Assembly (NCBI GenBank): GCA_043228905.1
Contig: JBHGNT010000015.1
Span: 11,036,001 to 11,100,000, forward strand
Origin: Azolla caroliniana
Taxonomy: Eukaryota; Plantae; Polypodiophyta
Reading direction: 5' to 3'
Length of the DNA: 64,000 bases
The translations under genes and the position numbers were made by a program. Shown piece by piece: positions 1-12,412 of the stretch. Numbering within the stretch: the stretch's first letter is position 1; every line of letters starts with the position of its first letter. The notes below the pieces were generated by a model that did no database searches, was not told the origin of the DNA, and was given only the letters and a program-made list of their open reading frames with translations.

Positions 1-2093
1 ACAACCCCTTTAATGTGTTTTACCCTTATACTGCCTCGTACAACTCCTACGGGTAACACATGGCACGCCTGTGGGACAGTGCATCGCACGGTGAACCCAC
101 TCGCTATGGCAACTATTAACGACCGGAACTCCATCGGTCGTCTCAACAATCGGAAATCCATCAACTGGATCATAGCTCTAAGATCGATAACTTCGATCGG
201 AGCATTGCTAGACTCAAACCTTCTCGTTCGGTCAGCATGTCGCTCAATTGGATCACACACCAATTGGCTCCTCAATTGCGGCATGGGCCTTTCATGATTC
301 TGTTACATGTATGTGTATTTTTCGGTTACGTCATGTGAATTGAGCTATGGTGGCGACGGCTATTGCGACGGCATCCAATTTATCATTTGGTCTGGTACCT
401 GGTCTTGTAATGAGCTATGATGGTAGTCATGGTATTTAGATCCTCCATAAAATGGAATAAACTTTGTTGGTGACCACGGAAATTCATAGCCTCTGTGTGT
501 ATCAATGGCTTCAAGCTGCCGAAGGGAGATCCGTAACCACAGAGTGACCATGTGACCAGGAACCAAAGCAAGACAAACAAAGGAAGGCAACCCTAACAGC
601 AAAATCTCCACCCGGTGTGCGTAAGGAGCAGCAAAGCTGATGGGTGCAGTATACTCATGATTCATGTAGTGGATGTTATTGTATCCCCATTTAGAATGAA
701 GCCATCTATGAATCCAATAGTTACCATAATCCTCCAACAGAAAGTAGAATGTAATTTGAGCAACTATATCCCATAATGAGGGAAGCAGAAGGCTAGTCCG
801 AATGCCAATGAGCTTGACAAGAGGGTAGGACAAAATAGAGGGTTGGATCTTGAAACCGTGGAAACATGATCATCGTGATCATGATCAACAAGAAGAGCAT
901 GAGATTTGTTAGGGGTGAGAGAATGGGGATTTGGGAAGAAGAGATCGAGGAGGAGGGTAGGGATGAATATGGCATTGACATTGATGCGCACGCACCTCCT
1001 CCACCACCACGGCCCTTGTTCAAAGATTTCTCATAGTAGTGTGGGGCTTCTATGCAGGCTGCACTTTCCGAGATTTCTACTGTTGCTGCTTCTTCTTTAT
1101 CTACACTGATTCAGCAGTCAGGGCATCACCGTCACAGTGATGGTGATGGTGATGATGATCTGCAGAGGAAGAAGACGATGATGGTTGTTTGTTTTGTTGG
1201 TGATGATGATGAGAGGAGAGGAACGCAAGTGCACAAGGAAGACCTCATGGATCTGTTGGTGGTGGCCACCATAGTTTTCTATCACTGACATTTCTTCTGC
1301 ACATTCCTCCACGTTATCTCCACAAAGAGCAGGAGGAGAAGTCTAGGTCTCTTATAGGCAGAAGGTATCTATTACATCATGGTGGATGATTCTTCTTCTT
1401 ATCTGCCTTCTACAGCAGCTGCTACCGCTTCCTTCCTTCGACTCAATGGTGCCAAAACTTGAGCTCTCTATCTCTCCACACCCACACCCACACCCACAGA
1501 GCTTACACATACACAGACACAAAGATGTAGAGAGAAACAGTAAGGGATAGACTTGGATACGACATAAAGCTTTTCCCTTCAGGGAGTAGACATAGACAAA
1601 TACTCAGAGAGGGAGAATGCAGGATAAACTTCCTCTCAAAGGAACAATGTAACACAGATACTGACACAGAGACAAAGATATAGAGATTAGTAATGGAGAG
1701 GGAGAGAGTGACTTCTTCTCAAGGGAGGTAGTCCCACCCTGCGTGCCAAAAGTGTTGTTGGGTGGGGGGGTGAAGCCTAGAAAGGCTTCACCCCCCCTCC
1801 CAAGGGGATTACAATAGAGAGAGCTAAGGAGAGTGAGAATACAAGATGACACCAAAAATGAGGGGAAAAAACTATATCCATTACTTGCCCCATAAGGGGT
1901 TTATATAATACATAATTTAACGGTAAATAATGACCGTTACAAAAGAGACGACCGTTACACTCTTGTCACATGCACATAATTGTGCATGTGCACACACATA
2001 CTCATCCTCACACTCATATACATTACACATACCGAACAACCCCTTTAATGTGTTTTACCCTTATACTGCCCCATACAACTCATACGGGTAACA
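1..2093 (-). mobile_element. Non-autonomous LTR retroelement (5' LTR 1753-2093, PBS 1731-1748, 3' LTR starts at 58 and runs off the window) carrying host-gene fragments
   Basis: Bases 1-58 repeat 2036-2093 (both end ...gggtaaca, i.e. TGTTACCC on -). The LTR ends ...CAACAACA and is followed by CTTT and TGGCACGCAGGGTGGGAC. TATATAAA on - near 1900. No gag/pol ORF inside. Confidence 0.85.
360..833 (-). pseudogene. SMO1: Intronless, truncated sterol 4-alpha-methyl oxidase (SMO1-type) fragment
   Basis: EDYGNYWIHRWLHSKWGY, EYTAPISFAAPYAH, LRQLEAIDTH and GYEFPWSPTKFIPFYGGSKYHDYHH match plant SMO1. The second His box is degenerate (IHYMNH) and both termini are missing. Confidence 0.9.
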
Positions 2094-4787
2094 CGTCCGG
2101 AGTCAAATACCAAGACGCGGACTCATCGAACACAATATCGCAACTTACGCGAGCTTTTTTGGTTCGGGGGTTATAACACTTATAACCCTTCTGTTCGTCT
2201 GAGTAGCTGACCAAGATAGAGTTCTGGGCTTTCGCGTCCAGCTTCCCCCGCTTCTCCTTTGGCACATGTACATACGTGATGCTACCGAAAACCCTCAAGT
2301 GTCGTAGATTCGGACTGCTTCGGCCCAATAGAACTTGGGCATGCTCTTTTCTTCTAGCATTACCCGTGCCGCTTCCACAACTGACCGATTCTTCCTTTCG
2401 GCTATGCCATTTTGCTACGGCGTATACCTGCAACTGAATTTGCGCCGAATTTCCATTTGTTGCAGATAACTGTTGAATTGGCCGGAAAAGTACTCTTTTC
2501 CACCATCTGACCGAAGGAACTTGATCTTCCTCCCTATTTCCCTTTCGACAAGATTTTTGAGGTTCCAGAAACAGTCGAAGACTTCACTCTTCTTTTCAAT
2601 GAGGTAGATCCATGTGTGCCGGGTGTAGTCATCAATGAAGGAGACGAAATATCGACTCCCGCCAAGACTCACATTTTGTGCCGGTCCCCATACATCTGAA
2701 TGTATCAAGTCGAGCTTATTTTGGCTCCAATTATGCTCGTTGGGGAAAGGAAGTCGGTGTTGCTTCCCTAGCTGGTAGGCTTCACAAATTTGGGCCTTTC
2801 GATCATTGAATTTCGGCAATCCGAACACAACTTGTTTCGATTGCAGGTCCTAAAGCCTTTGGTAGTTGATATGGCCTATCTGCTTATGCCACAAGTCGAT
2901 ATCTGACTTCACTTTTTGTCCTTTCGCAAACATGGCGGCGCCTACGTCATTGGTGTCGAGAATGAACATCCTCCCATCTCTACGCCCTTACGCAATAACT
3001 TGGCCTTCTTCCTCGATGAAGCACCCGAGATGCGTGAACCAGACTTGCATCCCCTAGTCGACGATCTGTCTGACCGACACCAGATTCTTCGTAATTGTCA
3101 AGACGTGTAACATGTTCATTAGCTTCCCGTTTTACCCAACGTGGCTGAGGGGAACTTCACTGACATGTACGATCGGATGCAGAGTGTTCGTCTCCTGTTG
3201 CGACTACTCCCGGTTCTGGTTTTTCTAGATATGAGAACCAGTCTTTATAGTTCATCATCTGGTTTGAGGTTCCGGAGTCAACGTACCACACTTCGTCTGA
3301 TTTCGGGGTGGTCTTCTTCATCGAGTTCGCTTCATGTCTTGTCACGAAGGTTGCCCCCTTTCCAACTTTTTCGGATCCTTCGACGTACTGCGTCCGCTGC
3401 CGATTTCCTTGTTCAGTCCTTCCGGATTCGGATCCGGTTTTCTTCGAATCGGCACGCTTCTTCCAGCACTTGCTCTCCTTGTGGCCCTTCTTGCCACAAT
3501 ACCAGCATTCATTTCCCTTGTTGGTTCTTGTCGCCTCCTCGACTCCGCTTGCTTCTGGAGGGTCCGGAAGTGTTGTCGGCATCACCACAATGCCTTCTTC
3601 ATTGCTCCCGTCAGTTGTCTCCATTGTGTGCCGACTCGCCTCGTCCGCCACGACCACGGGGCCTATTTCCCTCCATGTACAACATCTTGCTATCGGTGTG
3701 CGTACTCATCAACGCACCTGCGTGATTCTCCTCTACAAGGAGCATCGACTGCAAGTCGAAAAACGACGATGTATTCTCCCTTGTACAAATAACAGTTCGG
3801 AATGCTCCGAACTTTGACGCCAATCCTCTGAGGCAGATCTACACCATTTCACCCTCCTCAACGTTCACATCGATGGAGGTGAGGGAATCATAGATATCCT
3901 TTAACTTGGAGGTGTAGTCAGCCACCGTCATGTCGCATTGACGCACATTGCTCAACTCTTGTCGGAGTTGGAGCTTCATGGCTATGGTGCTTGCGGCGAA
4001 AATCTTTTTTAGATTTCCCCAAGCATCCTTTGGCGTTCTTGTATCTCGAATGTAGCTCAAGAGTTGTTCGCTCACACAGGACGCGAAATAGTAGAGAACT
4101 CGGCTTGCCGACTGTTCCCAGGCTAGGAAGTCTCTATGTGTTGATTTGGGTGTTGCCTCATTCACTCCATCTACATAGCACCAGTATCCATGTTCAAGCA
4201 GGTACTGGTGCATCTTGTACGACCAAGATGCATAGTTACTTCTGTCGAGCTTCTCAGTTGGATGCGAACTAGCCATACCTCTATCCTTCTTCTTCTTTTC
4301 TTTTCATTCTTCACCAAGATTAGGTTTTTTTTGTTGTTTCGAGCTGAAGTCCGTTGCAGAGGTTCTCAACACTCACGCTCTGATACCATGTGAAATGTTA
4401 CGTGCGGAAGCTATATGAAACACAAAATACCGACAAAGGAAAAATAGGTTTAATGGAGAGCTAAGACACAATGTACGCAAGACAGACAGAGAGTAAAAAC
4501 CACACAAAAAAAACTAAATTCAAATAATGTGTAAACTCTATACATAGGATGTGCTTAGAGAGCACTTTTATACAAGTCCATACGGACTGACAAAATTATT
4601 GACACGCACTTCAATGCTTATAACTAAGCCCCTACACTAACTCCCAAATATATTACCTCACGGAATATCTGTTCAACGGCCTCCTGGTTTCCGCACTGAT
4701 CCGGCCTCTTGTTGCGTATCGGTTTACACACCGGTTTACGCACCAATTTATGCATCGATCCAGCCAATGTTGAGCTTGTATCTCAAC
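2094..4787 (-). mobile_element. Degenerate Ty1/copia element: 5' LTR 4389-4787, Met-i PBS 4377-4388, gag-PR-partial INT; cut at 2093 by the SMO1-carrying element
   Basis: TGGTATCAGAGC follows the LTR on -. ORF fragments: UBN2-type gag (3839-4276), CWYCGKKGHKESKC knuckle and WYVDSGTSN protease (3157-3657), LIHSDVWGP integrase (2415-2828). Confidence 0.92.
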
Positions 4788-6740
4788 AACTGGTAAGTAC
4801 TAGGTGGTAGGAATTAAAGGGGGGTACTTTAAAGTCCCACACGCACAAAAAGAAATAAAAGGGGGGGGAATCTCTCACACCGATCACGATGTAACAGTCT
4901 CCCCTTGTGCTATAAAAGGGGAGGCTTGAGCCTGCTTTGGGGATCCGCATTTTGGGGAGGATGAAGTGTTGTCGATTTAAGGGCAGAGCTCTCTCTCTTT
5001 GCTCCCGCTCTCTATCTTGCATATGATTCTGTAAGGAAGCCTCTGCTCGTGCAGGAAGCCTGTGAGCTCCTGACCAGAGGCTCCTTGATCTGTCTGTGTG
5101 CGTGTGTGGGTGGGGGTGTGTTTCGGAGAGCGTACGGCTCTGCTACCGGCCGAGCCTAGTTGTATTCTACTTACCTTAACCCATTCGTTTCCATTGTTTG
5201 GGCTCGGGCCTATCTCTTCTCGTTTCGGGTTTTCATCTCTATAATTTCTACTTCTACAATATGTTTCCCACTCTACCTGTGAACTACGAACCCACACACT
5301 CGTTATTCAGCTTCCGGTAACCGACCCGGCCTACCGTCCTGGTTGCTCTTCCTAATCCCTCTGACTCCTTCGTGTAAGACCCCCGTGGTCTTTCCCATTT
5401 CAACACGCACGCGCGGAACTGTTCGTGGCGTATGAGTTTGATGTACACTCTTTGACCTTTTGTTTTTCAGTCACTAGGTTTAGGTATGTTGCTAGGTGTG
5501 CTGGCAACTCTTGGTTACGGTTGACAGGTATCGTTTCTACGTCTCCCTCAGGTTCTTCCCCATTTCAACACGCATACGTGGAAATCCGCGACAGTGGTGC
5601 GGGACAAATAAACATTGTCGGAATCCCTCCACTAGCTACAAAACTTTGCGACACAAGACTGGGAACGAGAGAAAGAACCGTATCTACAGAAGTTAGCCGT
5701 GAATTGATATCGGTTCCTCCGAAGCTACGACCTACATACGAAGGAAATGGAGACAAAGCTCACTGGGATAACTGCGTCATTCGAAATCGTGAAAGCCAAG
5801 CTCGAGTGAGACGCCACAACGGCCAAAGACGAACTAGACACTCTACGTGCCAAATACGAGATGGGTGAAGCACGCATCAAGGCACTAGTGGTAAACCATC
5901 GGCTTAAGCTAAATCAGAAGGTCAAAGAGGCCCTAGCCCACGGATGGAAAGAATGGTCGGCTCAAGCAACCAAATTGCAGGTCTTCCGAGTAGATGCCGA
6001 AAATCAGAAAAAAGAGGGCCACGGTTTTTACATGATGGAAGAGAATAGCATTCAGATCCTCTACGAAGATCTCATCAAGGAATTCCAAGCTTTGGCCCAA
6101 ACCCACACCACGGCCATCGGAAACCTCCTCGAGGAACTTAACGATGATCAACTACTACTCATGATTGAAACAAAAGATTATGAGTGTGCGCCTCCAAGCC
6201 AAAAAGGAAGCAGAAGTCGTGGCATAGGCGTCAGTAGGTAGGATGACAAAAGAAGCAGCCCAGGAGCCGAAAGAGGAAGAGGCGACACGCCCCGACCTGG
6301 AGAGGGAACAAGTGGTTGAGCAGAACACGAAGCCTACGCAAGGGGCAGTGGTTACAGAAGCCACAGACCAACGGCTCGATTTGTCGGCCGAGTTCCACAT
6401 GGACGAGCCAAAACGGGAGGAGGCGACTCAAGAGCCGACGGAGCAAACCGAAGCCCAGGAAAACATGGAGCAAAGGGCCGATTAGACGGACAATCTCAAA
6501 CCGAGGGAGTCGGAGTAACCGGAGGGCATCACATTGATTTTGGAAGAAGACTGAGTGTACAATAGCATTTTCTCAGCTCTTTCGACTAACCATATTCTCA
6601 AATTCTTGATTTTGAATTTTTGGAGCGATTTTTGTATTTGGGTTTGACGTGCACGGCACTGTCCCACAGGCGTGCCAAGTGTTATCCATGGGACAAAGGA
6701 CACAAGGTGTGAAACAAATCTAAAGAGACAAGTAGATCAA
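4788..6740 (+). mobile_element. 3' portion of a gypsy-like LTR element with a degenerate extra coiled-coil ORF (5861-6485); 3' LTR begins at 6680 and is truncated
   Basis: ORF 5861-6241 (WKEWSAQATKLQVFRVDAENQKKEG) resembles 28966-29772 (WDKWAKHTAELQLLRADAENRQRDG). The motif GCACTGTCCCACAGGCGTGCCA precedes TGTTATCC. Confidence 0.65.
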
Positions 6741-7499
6741 GTAGGTATAAAAACATCGAGACATTTGAAACAGGTAATATGTCGCATTTTGACAACTTTC
6801 CATCAAAAAATGACACAAATTAGGGTGATTCACAAAAAGGGGTGCTTCATGCGTAAAGGATTTTTAAAAATGACCCAAAAATATATTGATTTTTAGCATC
6901 TACGGAAATTTAGGTGTTCAAAAAAATGCCTAAATAATGGACATGCCAAACTTACAAATGAATGTCCAAAATGACTAACACCAATATTTATAGAAATTCA
7001 TGAATCCAAATCTTGATGTACAATACAATATTTACAGTTAACGTATCAGGACAATCATTTTTCAAGTTTATGCCATCATCTTCATACCCATTAGATGAAC
7101 TAGTACAAGTTTATGCGGTCTCATCCTCATCATCAATGGCAACTAATGCATTGTCTTCATCCAAATGCAATCCAACCTCATCGAGGTTATGAGTCATGCT
7201 TCTTGTTTGTCTTTGTGTTGTGTCTGAAGCCACATTCCAAATCCTCTTTTAGTATCTTCATTGTGGTCTGTCGCAGATAACTTATTTTGGTCAAAGATAA
7301 GTCATACACTAGTATATAAACATGTGCTTGATGTGCTTTCTTCCTCTGTTTTTGGTTATGATATTTAATTATGTACTTTCTATTTACGATATTTGATTAT
7401 GTGAGAGAAGCTTTATACCAAAATCATTAGAATCTAAAAAAATGTCATAAAGATGTTTTTCGTTTTTCTTAGATTCTCATAGTAAGCCTTTGATGTCAT

Positions 7500-8790
7500 A
7501 CAGAAATCCGATTACTTCCATCTAGATTTGATGCAACATGTCGAATTTTACTCTATACATCTACAATGGGATGTAGTGCATCAGATTCCTGTTGTAAGTC
7601 TTGGAATTTTTTTAAAAATTTCCATTAAAAAATACTCTTGCATTTTCAAGTAACACATAATGCATTGCATCGAATTCTAGCTACATAGACTAAAATATGA
7701 TACATTGCATGAATTTCCCGTAAATAAATAAATAAATATTAGAGAAATAAAACATTTCCCGTAAATAAATAAATAAACATTTTTCATTTTTCTCATAAAT
7801 AAATAAGTAAAAATTGGACAAATAGATTTCAAAGGAAATTTGGAAACACATAAGAAAAAGTGGACTTTTAACAAAAATCCGATGCACTGCATCGGATTTC
7901 CATTGAAAGTCCACTTTTTGCTATTTGTTACCATATTTTCATTTATTTATTTTTTAAATTTGTATTTTTTTTCCCATAAATAAATAAATAATAATTGAAA
8001 AAATGGGTTTTCAACGGAAATCCGATGCACTGCATCGGATTTCTATTGAAAACCTATTGAAAATGATGTGTTTTCACCAGATTTCATAAATAAATATATA
8101 GAAATGGAAAAAATGGATTTATCTTGAAGGGGATTTTCAACGGAAATCCGATGCAGTGCATCAGATTTCCGTTGAAATTCCAATATTTTTCTTTTGTTTT
8201 TTCATTTATCATTTATTTTCAGCTGAAACTCGACTCAATGGTTTCGATTTTCATTGAAAATGCAATATATTTTTAATATCTCATTGTTTTATGAAAAAAC
8301 TAAAAGAAATTTGGATTTTTAATTGAAATTCGATGTACTGCATTAGATTTTAGTTGGAAAACCACTTTTCTAATATAATTTTATTTATTTTTCGAAAAAA
8401 TGAAAAATAATTGAAAAGAAATAGAATTGCTAGCTAAAATCTGATGCAATGCATCAATGTCTAGCTGTATAGACTACAATTTGATGCAGTGCATCGGATT
8501 TTAGTTAAAATGCCCTTTATTATTATTTTATATGGAAATAAATAAATAACATTGAAAAAAGAAAAAAGATAAAAGGATTTTCGACTTTAATCCAACGCAT
8601 TGCATTAGATTCTAGCTATATAGACTAAAAAATAATGTAGTGCATAGTATTTTAGCTGAAAATTCATTTTTTATTTTTTTATGGAATTTTTTTTCAAAAT
8701 TACAAAATAAAAAAAACTTGGATTTTCAACTGAAATCTAGTGCATCGCATTGGATTCCAATTGAAAATCCAAGATTTGTTATTTTTTTCA
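7500..8790. repeat. Dispersed array of about a dozen palindromic units (core AAATCCGATGCA(C/G)TGCATCGGATTT) in AT-rich spacers
   Basis: Clear copies near 7875, 8018, 8143, 8330, 8438, 8480, 8590 and 8733. Several extend to 50-65 bp imperfect palindromes. Confidence 0.85.
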
Positions 8791-9925
8791 AATTTTATTG
8801 TTTCAAATTTTCAATGGGTTTTTGATTTGTTTTCAAACACAAGTATATAATATAAAACTTACATCAATTTAGATTAACGCTATAGTCTATTCTTCAGTTT
8901 GATGTTACTTGTGCAATTTCATTCTATTGTCATGTACTACTAAAACATGCGCCTTAAAGAGGATCAGGAACTCTGTTGCATTAGAGAAGGACCTTGAGCA
9001 AGTTAATTTCATCAAAATGAGGATCCAAGGCATCTGGGGATGTCTTGATCAAGACCAAGAAGTTGGGGCAAAGCATATCAATGAAACTTAGATGTTCCAG
9101 ATGCCTTTTAGAGAACCTGTGGAGCCTATAGATGAAGACGCAGGGCACCTTGTTGAATTAGAAGACGTTTCAGAGTCTGAACATACTAACGATTCAACTT
9201 AGTGTACTGACGAAGCCAATGAGGACAATCCTGATGAAAGAGCTAATCCTGAGGAGACGGCTTTACCAGACTTATTATTCGATGGAATGGAAATGTCTTA
9301 TTGTAAATTTTGAACAATATGAATTGTTAAATTTTGACGTAATATAAGTTGAGCTTACTTATAATTTTCGTGTAACAATCATTGTATGTGTACATGTTGT
9401 CTAAACTCTCCTTTATCATTTGGGGTATATCGGAGATAAATTTATACTCTATCATTTACTCGTATGATTGGAATGTTATTGTAGACTAGTTTATTTATAC
9501 ATTGACAGTGTCATGTATCACGTGTCAATAGAAATTTTCTCTTGACATAGTAGTATCTCTTAATTTCAAGGTTCACAATTTGCTTTAAGATATATTATAT
9601 ATAAATATACACACATAATTAGAAGAAGTCACTTATTCAATGGGGTATATTTTTTAGAATATGCACAAGGACTCATGTTACTATTATACTTGCATTGACA
9701 AATACACCCATGTCTAAGATTTGGACAAAAACATGGTAGATACAATATACGTCGGATGATTTTGTTGACGTGATATTAGTTAGTTCTATTTTTTGCTATG
9801 TTTTCATAAACCACATACGCATGCGTCAAGCCTTTTTGAAATTCTGCTTAAACAAGGCATTTTTTAACATCTCGCTAAGATATGAAAAAGAGAATGCAAC
9901 ATATTACCTATTTCAAATGACCCAG

Positions 9926-10391
9926 TGTTAAAAAGGGAATTGGTCGAGCACTGGTAGCCGAGGAATTTAGAACGAAATACATGTAGCTGAGAAGAAAGGT
10001 GTGAATTAGAAGCAAGTAGTTAAAGCGTGCCAAGGAGAGATTAGGCTATATAAATCATGGAACAACAGAAGGAAAGGGAGAGGGAATATATGCATAGGTT
10101 ATGATACAGAGAGAGAAAATGACTAATATAATCAGGCATGTCTTGCCTTGTAATCGATTTTATCTAGTAATCAATATACATATAACTTTTGGGTCATCTA
10201 TGTGTCTATTCCATCTTAATCTGTATTTTTGGTTCTGTTATTCTAAATCGTAAGCGGAAAGCCGGTTGTGGCCATCTATCGTGTAACCTTTCGGCCTACT
10301 CGGCCCTACTATAGTCCCCTACGCAATTATGATTCGTTGACCCGATTACTCAGGGAGTAATCGAAGGTGTTTCTCCAATAAGGAGATAACA
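9926..10391 (+). mobile_element. Probable solo LTR
   Basis: TGTTA...TAACA termini, internal CTATATAAA near 10046, flanks CCCAG / CCCAT (imperfect 5-bp TSD). Confidence 0.6.
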
Positions 10392-10429
10392 CCCATTTGA
10401 GCATCTCAACCTTTATACATTGACGATCG

Positions 10430-10550
10430 CTTGCCGGCCAATTTCTCAAGTCCTATGCATATATCTTCAATTTTACAGAAGGGAAACATATGTGAAAGAG
10501 AACTATAACACATCATCTTTCTAGCAAGAAATAGCTCATGTAAATTATTA
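10430..10550 (-). mobile_element. Continuation of the LINE fragment at 48625-49269, split by the outer copia
   Basis: Joining across the CAATG TSD reads ...LDLSMHC|NNLHELF, followed by a fragment FCKIEDICIGLEKLAGK resembling the pre-RT segment of LINE ORF2. Confidence 0.6.
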
Positions 10551-11692
10551 CAATGTCTTAATAATTAGGTGATTAGGCAAGGGTTAATTAATGTCTAATT
10601 ATGTGAGTGGTTGATAAGCGAAAGATTATGAGATATGTGTGTGTATGTGTGTGAGAGGAAGAGAGAGAGAGGAAGTTACACAAAAGAGTATGTGTGAGAG
10701 AGGAAGAGAGTATGTGTGTATTATGGAGGATGATTAACGAGAGTGTATATTAAAAGTCATCATCAAATACAAAAATACCCACAATGAGGTATATATACAT
10801 TTCATGTGCAAAGGTGCACATGTGTGAGTAGAATATAGGTACAAAGGTGTAAGTCCTATATTAAATGAACATGGGAGTGGAGGATCTACAATGTATCCCA
10901 CTCAAGTACAAAATCCTATTTAAGGCTTTAAGGTCAACACACTAACTAGATTCTATCTAGGTAACAACTAAGTTACGTGTGTTGACTAACTAACTAAATC
11001 TAGTTGAGCTTGATATCTCAACACGGCCCCTCAAGCTCAAGTGCTCGACGACAACTTTGGCTTTCGTCGGCTTCGGCATTTCCGACACAATCTCGGTTCC
11101 TCCTCCTCAAGCCGGTGACGAAGGCTTGTAGGGTGAAATGGGCGAAGGCCGATTGTTTCCACCCATCGTGGGTCACAAGTCGCTTCGATAGATCTCTCGG
11201 GCTCTTGTTCGGCCATTACCTTCATCGTGAAGGCATAATGATGGGCCATATACTCATTGTAGCCGAGCCGAGTGATGGGGTTCTTCTCTCTAGATGAGCG
11301 TCAAAGTTTTCCGCTTGTCCGCCTTCTTTAAGTCTCCGGGTGTATGCATGATGGGTACTGTCATGAAGACATACATTTTGGCTTTACAAGGATTCGAACC
11401 CAAAACGTCTTGGTTATAATTATAATAACATATATGATGTATAGTTATAATAAATATATTATTAGTTATTACAAGATATTTAGAGTATTCTAGAACATTC
11501 TAGGATATTCCATGATTATATTAAATACCTAAAATATCTAAAATATTCTAGAACATTCTAGAATACTCCATAAGGACCTATAAATAGGTGTTTATTCATT
11601 CATCACAACTCATTCGGTTCAACCCCAGACTTTAGCCCTTAGCCTACTCTTTGTAACCTTGTTTCGTCATAATATAATCTCATTTCCATTTC

Positions 11693-12412
11693 TTGCCTCC
11701 TCTCTCTCATAAATGGGTGAAAGACACCGAAACCTACAAGAAAAAAGATAGAGAGGAAAAAGACGCCCTCAAGGCCGAAATAGAACAACTTAAAGTAGAA
11801 AACATCGACCTTAAAAAACAACTTAAGGACATCGAGGTATCTCGAGAAGACGGTGAAATATCCTCTATAGAGGATATAAAGGACGAAATTAAAAAAGTTA
11901 AAGAGGAAGTTAATAATAACATAGAGTTAGCTAAAACGGGTTGGGTAGATGTGGTTAAAAGAAACATTAAAAAAGAAATAAAAGATGAAAATATTGTTAA
12001 CACCACCCTTGAAGAAGAGAAAATGCGTCAGGCCCGACGCTTAAATGTACGTGTCACTAGGCTCAAGGAAGGTGCATCCCCAAATGAGGACGCACAAACA
12101 CTTGGGAAAATGTTAGGGTACACAGAGGCCCTACCTATCACCAAAGCATGGAGGGCCGGGTGTGACACAACTAGGAAGAGAGCCTTAGTCCTTCAATTTA
12201 AAGACTTAGACTCTAGAATCACTTTCTCTAAGAAGAGACCAATCCTTCGAGGAATGGATGGGGACCCCATCTATCTCGATGAAGACCTCACTAAGATGCA
12301 AATTGAGCATCGCAAGAGTTGTATGCCACGAGTTATGCAAGCTCGTAAAGAAGGCCATCGCGCCTTTTACCGAGACGGGCGAGTGATCATAAATGATCGC
12401 ACTACTAACTGA
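11693..12412 (+). CDS. LINE ORF1 (coiled coil plus C-terminal domain), 5'-truncated; the TTG start in the ORF track lies in flanking LTR DNA
   Basis: Heptad-rich N-terminal part. RRLNVRVTRLKE, RALVLQF and IYLDEDLT motifs are typical of LINE ORF1p. Confidence 0.8.
   Translation: MPPLSHKWVKDTETYKKKDREEKDALKAEIEQLKVENIDLKKQLKDIEVSREDGEISSIEDIKDEIKKVKEEVNNNIELAKTGWVDVVKRNIKKEIKDENIVNTTLEEEKMRQARRLNVRVTRLKEGASPNEDAQTLGKMLGYTEALPITKAWRAGCDTTRKRALVLQFKDLDSRITFSKKRPILRGMDGDPIYLDEDLTKMQIEHRKSCMPRVMQARKEGHRAFYRDGRVIINDRTTN

Noticed and set aside
61-78. tRNA gene at the PBS-like motifs (also 1731, 6661, 38075)
   Set aside because: Only ~17-18 nt of 3'-end similarity including CCA; no cloverleaf.
7500-8790. 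CRISPR-like repeat-spacer array
   Set aside because: Eukaryotic context, irregular low-complexity spacers, degenerate repeats and no cas genes.
7040-9300. Acidic coding-like remnants flanking the palindrome array (possible transposase tails)
   Set aside because: Multiple stops and no diagnostic motif recognisable by eye.
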